This document shows, in pieces, positions 61,721 to 64,000 of a stretch of 64,000 bases of DNA (within the stretch, counting starts at the first letter, position 1; each line of letters opens with the position of its first letter). Below the pieces are notes generated by a model. That model searched no databases. It saw only the letters and a list, made by a program, of their open reading frames with translations, and was not told the DNA's origin. Both the position numbers and the translations under genes were made by a program. Origin of the DNA: a virus. Its lineage: Duplodnaviria; Caudoviricetes. The stretch spans positions 128,001 to 192,000 of IMG/VR virus record IMGVR_UViG_3300032328_000860. One strand, written 5' to 3'.

Positions 61721-63529
61721 ATGAGCAAGATTAGATCAAAATGTTGTCCAGAGGTTTCCTTAACACCATCTCCAACACCTTCTAGAACACCATCTCGTAG
61801 TCCTACTCCTACACCGTCTCTAACGGTTTCTCTAACAAGAACTAAAACGCCAACACCAACAAGAACATATAGTTCAACTGCTACTCCTACTAAAACTCCA
61901 ACACCTACGGCAACGCCTACTAAAACTCCAACACCTACGGCAACGCCTACTAAAACACCGACCGTTACACCAACCAATACTATTAGTCCAACAAGAACAC
62001 CAACATCTAGCATAACTCCTACAAGAACGTCTACAATAACGCCCACTGCAACTACTACTAGTTCTGTTACTCCTACTAAAACACCTACTCCTACAATTAC
62101 TAGAACCTCAACAGCTACTCCAACACGTAGTCCAACAAGAACAGCGACCCCTACTCCCACAAGAACAGTTACTCCTACTATAACAAGTTCGGTGAGTCCC
62201 ACTAAAACTGCTACTCCAACAGTAACTCCAACTAATACTCCTAGCATTAGTGTTACTCCTAGTGTTACACCTAGTTTAAGCGTTAGCGTTTCTATTACTC
62301 CAACACTTACTCCAACACGATCATTAACTCCAACGCCAAACCCGACACCATCTTCAACTCCTGAACCGACACCATCTCCAACTCCGCCGAGCATCTTCAC
62401 ATACTTCTGTGAACCCACCACCGGATGCTTAGGCGGCGTAGTGCCCGGCCCTAACCCGCCACCTGGCTACACAGGGTACGAAACCCCAGAAGAGTGTGAG
62501 GCCAACTGCGAATATCTCGGGGTTTTTTGCGACCCATTCCAAGCTTGCCTAGGACCGTCATACGGCCCGCCGGGTAGTCCTCCTGTGGGGCCAGCAACGT
62601 GCTTGGATTGCAGGCCGTCTTACGTCTGCGACGGCGGCGGCGGCTGTGGGGGGACAGGCTATTACGACATCAATGATCCGGCTTATGTCTCCGAAGACGA
62701 ATGTATAGCTGCTTGCGTATTGACAAACACCGGGTGTGACCCGGCAACCGGAGAATGTTACGAAGGATACGGACTAGGATATGCAAATGCGGGCGGGTGT
62801 CCGGGATGCACAGCATGCCATGTTTGTGACAATGTAAATGGATGGACATTCGTGGCCTTCAGAGAAGGAGACAATTGCACCGGCGCCGGCGAGCTTAACT
62901 CGAGCTTTGATCCAGCAGGATGCAAACAGTGGGTCGAGTGCGATCCCTTCAACGGATGTTCAGACCTAGGATATACTTTATCTCTTGGAATGAACCCTGT
63001 TGAAGGAACCTGCGCCGACGGAGTATGTGAATTAACTAACACCGGGTGCGACCCGGCAACCGGAGAATGTTACGAAGGTTACGGGGCCGGATATGCAAAT
63101 GCGGGCGGATGTCCGGACTGCTCATTAACTAACACCGGGTGCGACCCGGCAACCGGAACGTGTGACCAAGGTTACGGGGCCGGATATGCAAATGCGGGCG
63201 GATGTCCGGACTGCACATCATCTTGGGGCCCCTATGTTTGTAGAAAACAGACTCTACAGGACACGAGGGATCTTCCCACGGAAGACTTAATTTTTGGAGG
63301 AGCTCCTACTTCATATTATATCTGCCTAGGAGGCTCTGGAGAACCAAATGGGTGCAATTCCAATCCTTCTCCTTGCGACGCTCCTGATTATCCCCATCAT
63401 TGCAACCGATCTGGGGATTGCGGCGAACTGACACTTCCTGATCAATGTGATGGCTGGCCTTTGGATTCAACTACGACCTATGTGTCCGAATGCTATAATG
63501 TCAATAGTTGTTCGGAATGTCAGGGCTAG
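61721..63529 (+). CDS. Pro/Thr-repeat stalk plus Cys/Gly-rich repeat protein (putative virion fibre or adhesin)
   Basis: about 215-aa (T/S)P low-complexity tract followed by Cys-rich repeats. Confidence 0.7.
   Translation: MSKIRSKCCPEVSLTPSPTPSRTPSRSPTPTPSLTVSLTRTKTPTPTRTYSSTATPTKTPTPTATPTKTPTPTATPTKTPTVTPTNTISPTRTPTSSITPTRTSTITPTATTTSSVTPTKTPTPTITRTSTATPTRSPTRTATPTPTRTVTPTITSSVSPTKTATPTVTPTNTPSISVTPSVTPSLSVSVSITPTLTPTRSLTPTPNPTPSSTPEPTPSPTPPSIFTYFCEPTTGCLGGVVPGPNPPPGYTGYETPEECEANCEYLGVFCDPFQACLGPSYGPPGSPPVGPATCLDCRPSYVCDGGGGCGGTGYYDINDPAYVSEDECIAACVLTNTGCDPATGECYEGYGLGYANAGGCPGCTACHVCDNVNGWTFVAFREGDNCTGAGELNSSFDPAGCKQWVECDPFNGCSDLGYTLSLGMNPVEGTCADGVCELTNTGCDPATGECYEGYGAGYANAGGCPDCSLTNTGCDPATGTCDQGYGAGYANAGGCPDCTSSWGPYVCRKQTLQDTRDLPTEDLIFGGAPTSYYICLGGSGEPNGCNSNPSPCDAPDYPHHCNRSGDCGELTLPDQCDGWPLDSTTTYVSECYNVNSCSECQG
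62720..63214 (+). repeat. three copies of a ~31-codon Cys-rich repeat
   Basis: [30 protein letters not shown] at 62720, 63032 and 63125 (last two 93 nt apart). Confidence 0.9.
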
Positions 63530-63802
63530 GGGCAAATTCATCATGCAAGATCAAATGTCATCCTCGTCCATGTCGTTATCAAGTGGAACCTCCCAGTAGA
63601 GTTTGTCTATCCAGTGCTTCCAGGTGTCAAGAACCCTCGTGCTGTCCCTTATGACTGAATAGCCTGGCTTTCGGGAGCCTTGAGGAGCCTCCAAAAGAAA
63701 GTTAGAGAAATAACATTTCCTATATCATTCTGAGTGTTGACTTTTATTTTGATAAGAATATAATATAAAAACAGTGATTACTCAATGTATTAAGGAGAAA
63801 TT

Positions 63803-64000
63803 ATGATCAATTTAGGAAATTTACACGATGTTCTAGCATTGTTTGTTAAAGATGATACTATTTTTAATTCTTTACAAAATGATTTTACAGAAATTTTAGC
63901 AGACTTGGTTAGTTATAAAAATAATCCTAATTGTTCCTGCAAAGGAAGAGTGAATAAATTTTTTGCAGATAAACTACAAGAAAATCCACAAATCCTCAAT
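63803..64000 (+). CDS. hypothetical protein, truncated by window end
   Basis: AAGGAG RBS; upstream TTGACT..TAATAT; open to end. Confidence 0.6.
   Translation, partial: MINLGNLHDVLALFVKDDTIFNSLQNDFTEILADLVSYKNNPNCSCKGRVNKFFADKLQENPQILN

Noticed and set aside
61690-62421. Val/Gly-rich 243-aa minus-strand ORF
   Set aside because: Reverse-complement artefact of the Pro/Thr repeat tract.
62720-63214. Diversity-generating retroelement TR/VR pair
   Set aside because: The repeats are in-frame domain duplications within one gene, the differences are not confined to adenines, and no reverse transcriptase is in the window.

Overview
This is a 64-kb segment of a large, AT-rich, T4-like (probably jumbo) bacteriophage genome, with almost all genes on the + strand. 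The likely host is a Planctomycete, inferred from a Tat-exported DUF1501 gene and Planctomycete-style secreted peptides. Recognisable genes include rIIA/rIIB, ThyX, UvsE, an Ogg-type glycosylase, RuvB with an adjacent Zn-ribbon/RuvA-CTD-like protein, an actin-fold ATPase, a SET protein, two minimal kinases, three metallophosphoesterases, a bL12-CTD protein, about 9 homing-type endonucleases, 12 tRNAs and a tmRNA. Five observations stand out. (1) A metallophosphoesterase gene is interrupted by a 22-nt element with the hallmarks of T4 gene-60-type translational bypassing: take-off GGT, stop TAG, a cUNCGg hairpin and a landing GGT. (2) The DNA ligase is fractured by a naturally split intein right after its KxDG active-site motif, with a free-standing endonuclease between the halves. 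(3) There are two families of fixed-geometry intergenic DNA elements: six 82-bp paired dyads and seven co-oriented 47-bp motifs. (4) A GGTGTA motif lies upstream of all eight stand-alone homing endonuclease genes and is a candidate late promoter. (5) Several tRNAs are atypical, including an Asn-anticodon tRNA with a long variable arm. All family calls come from motif recognition by eye; no database searches were run.
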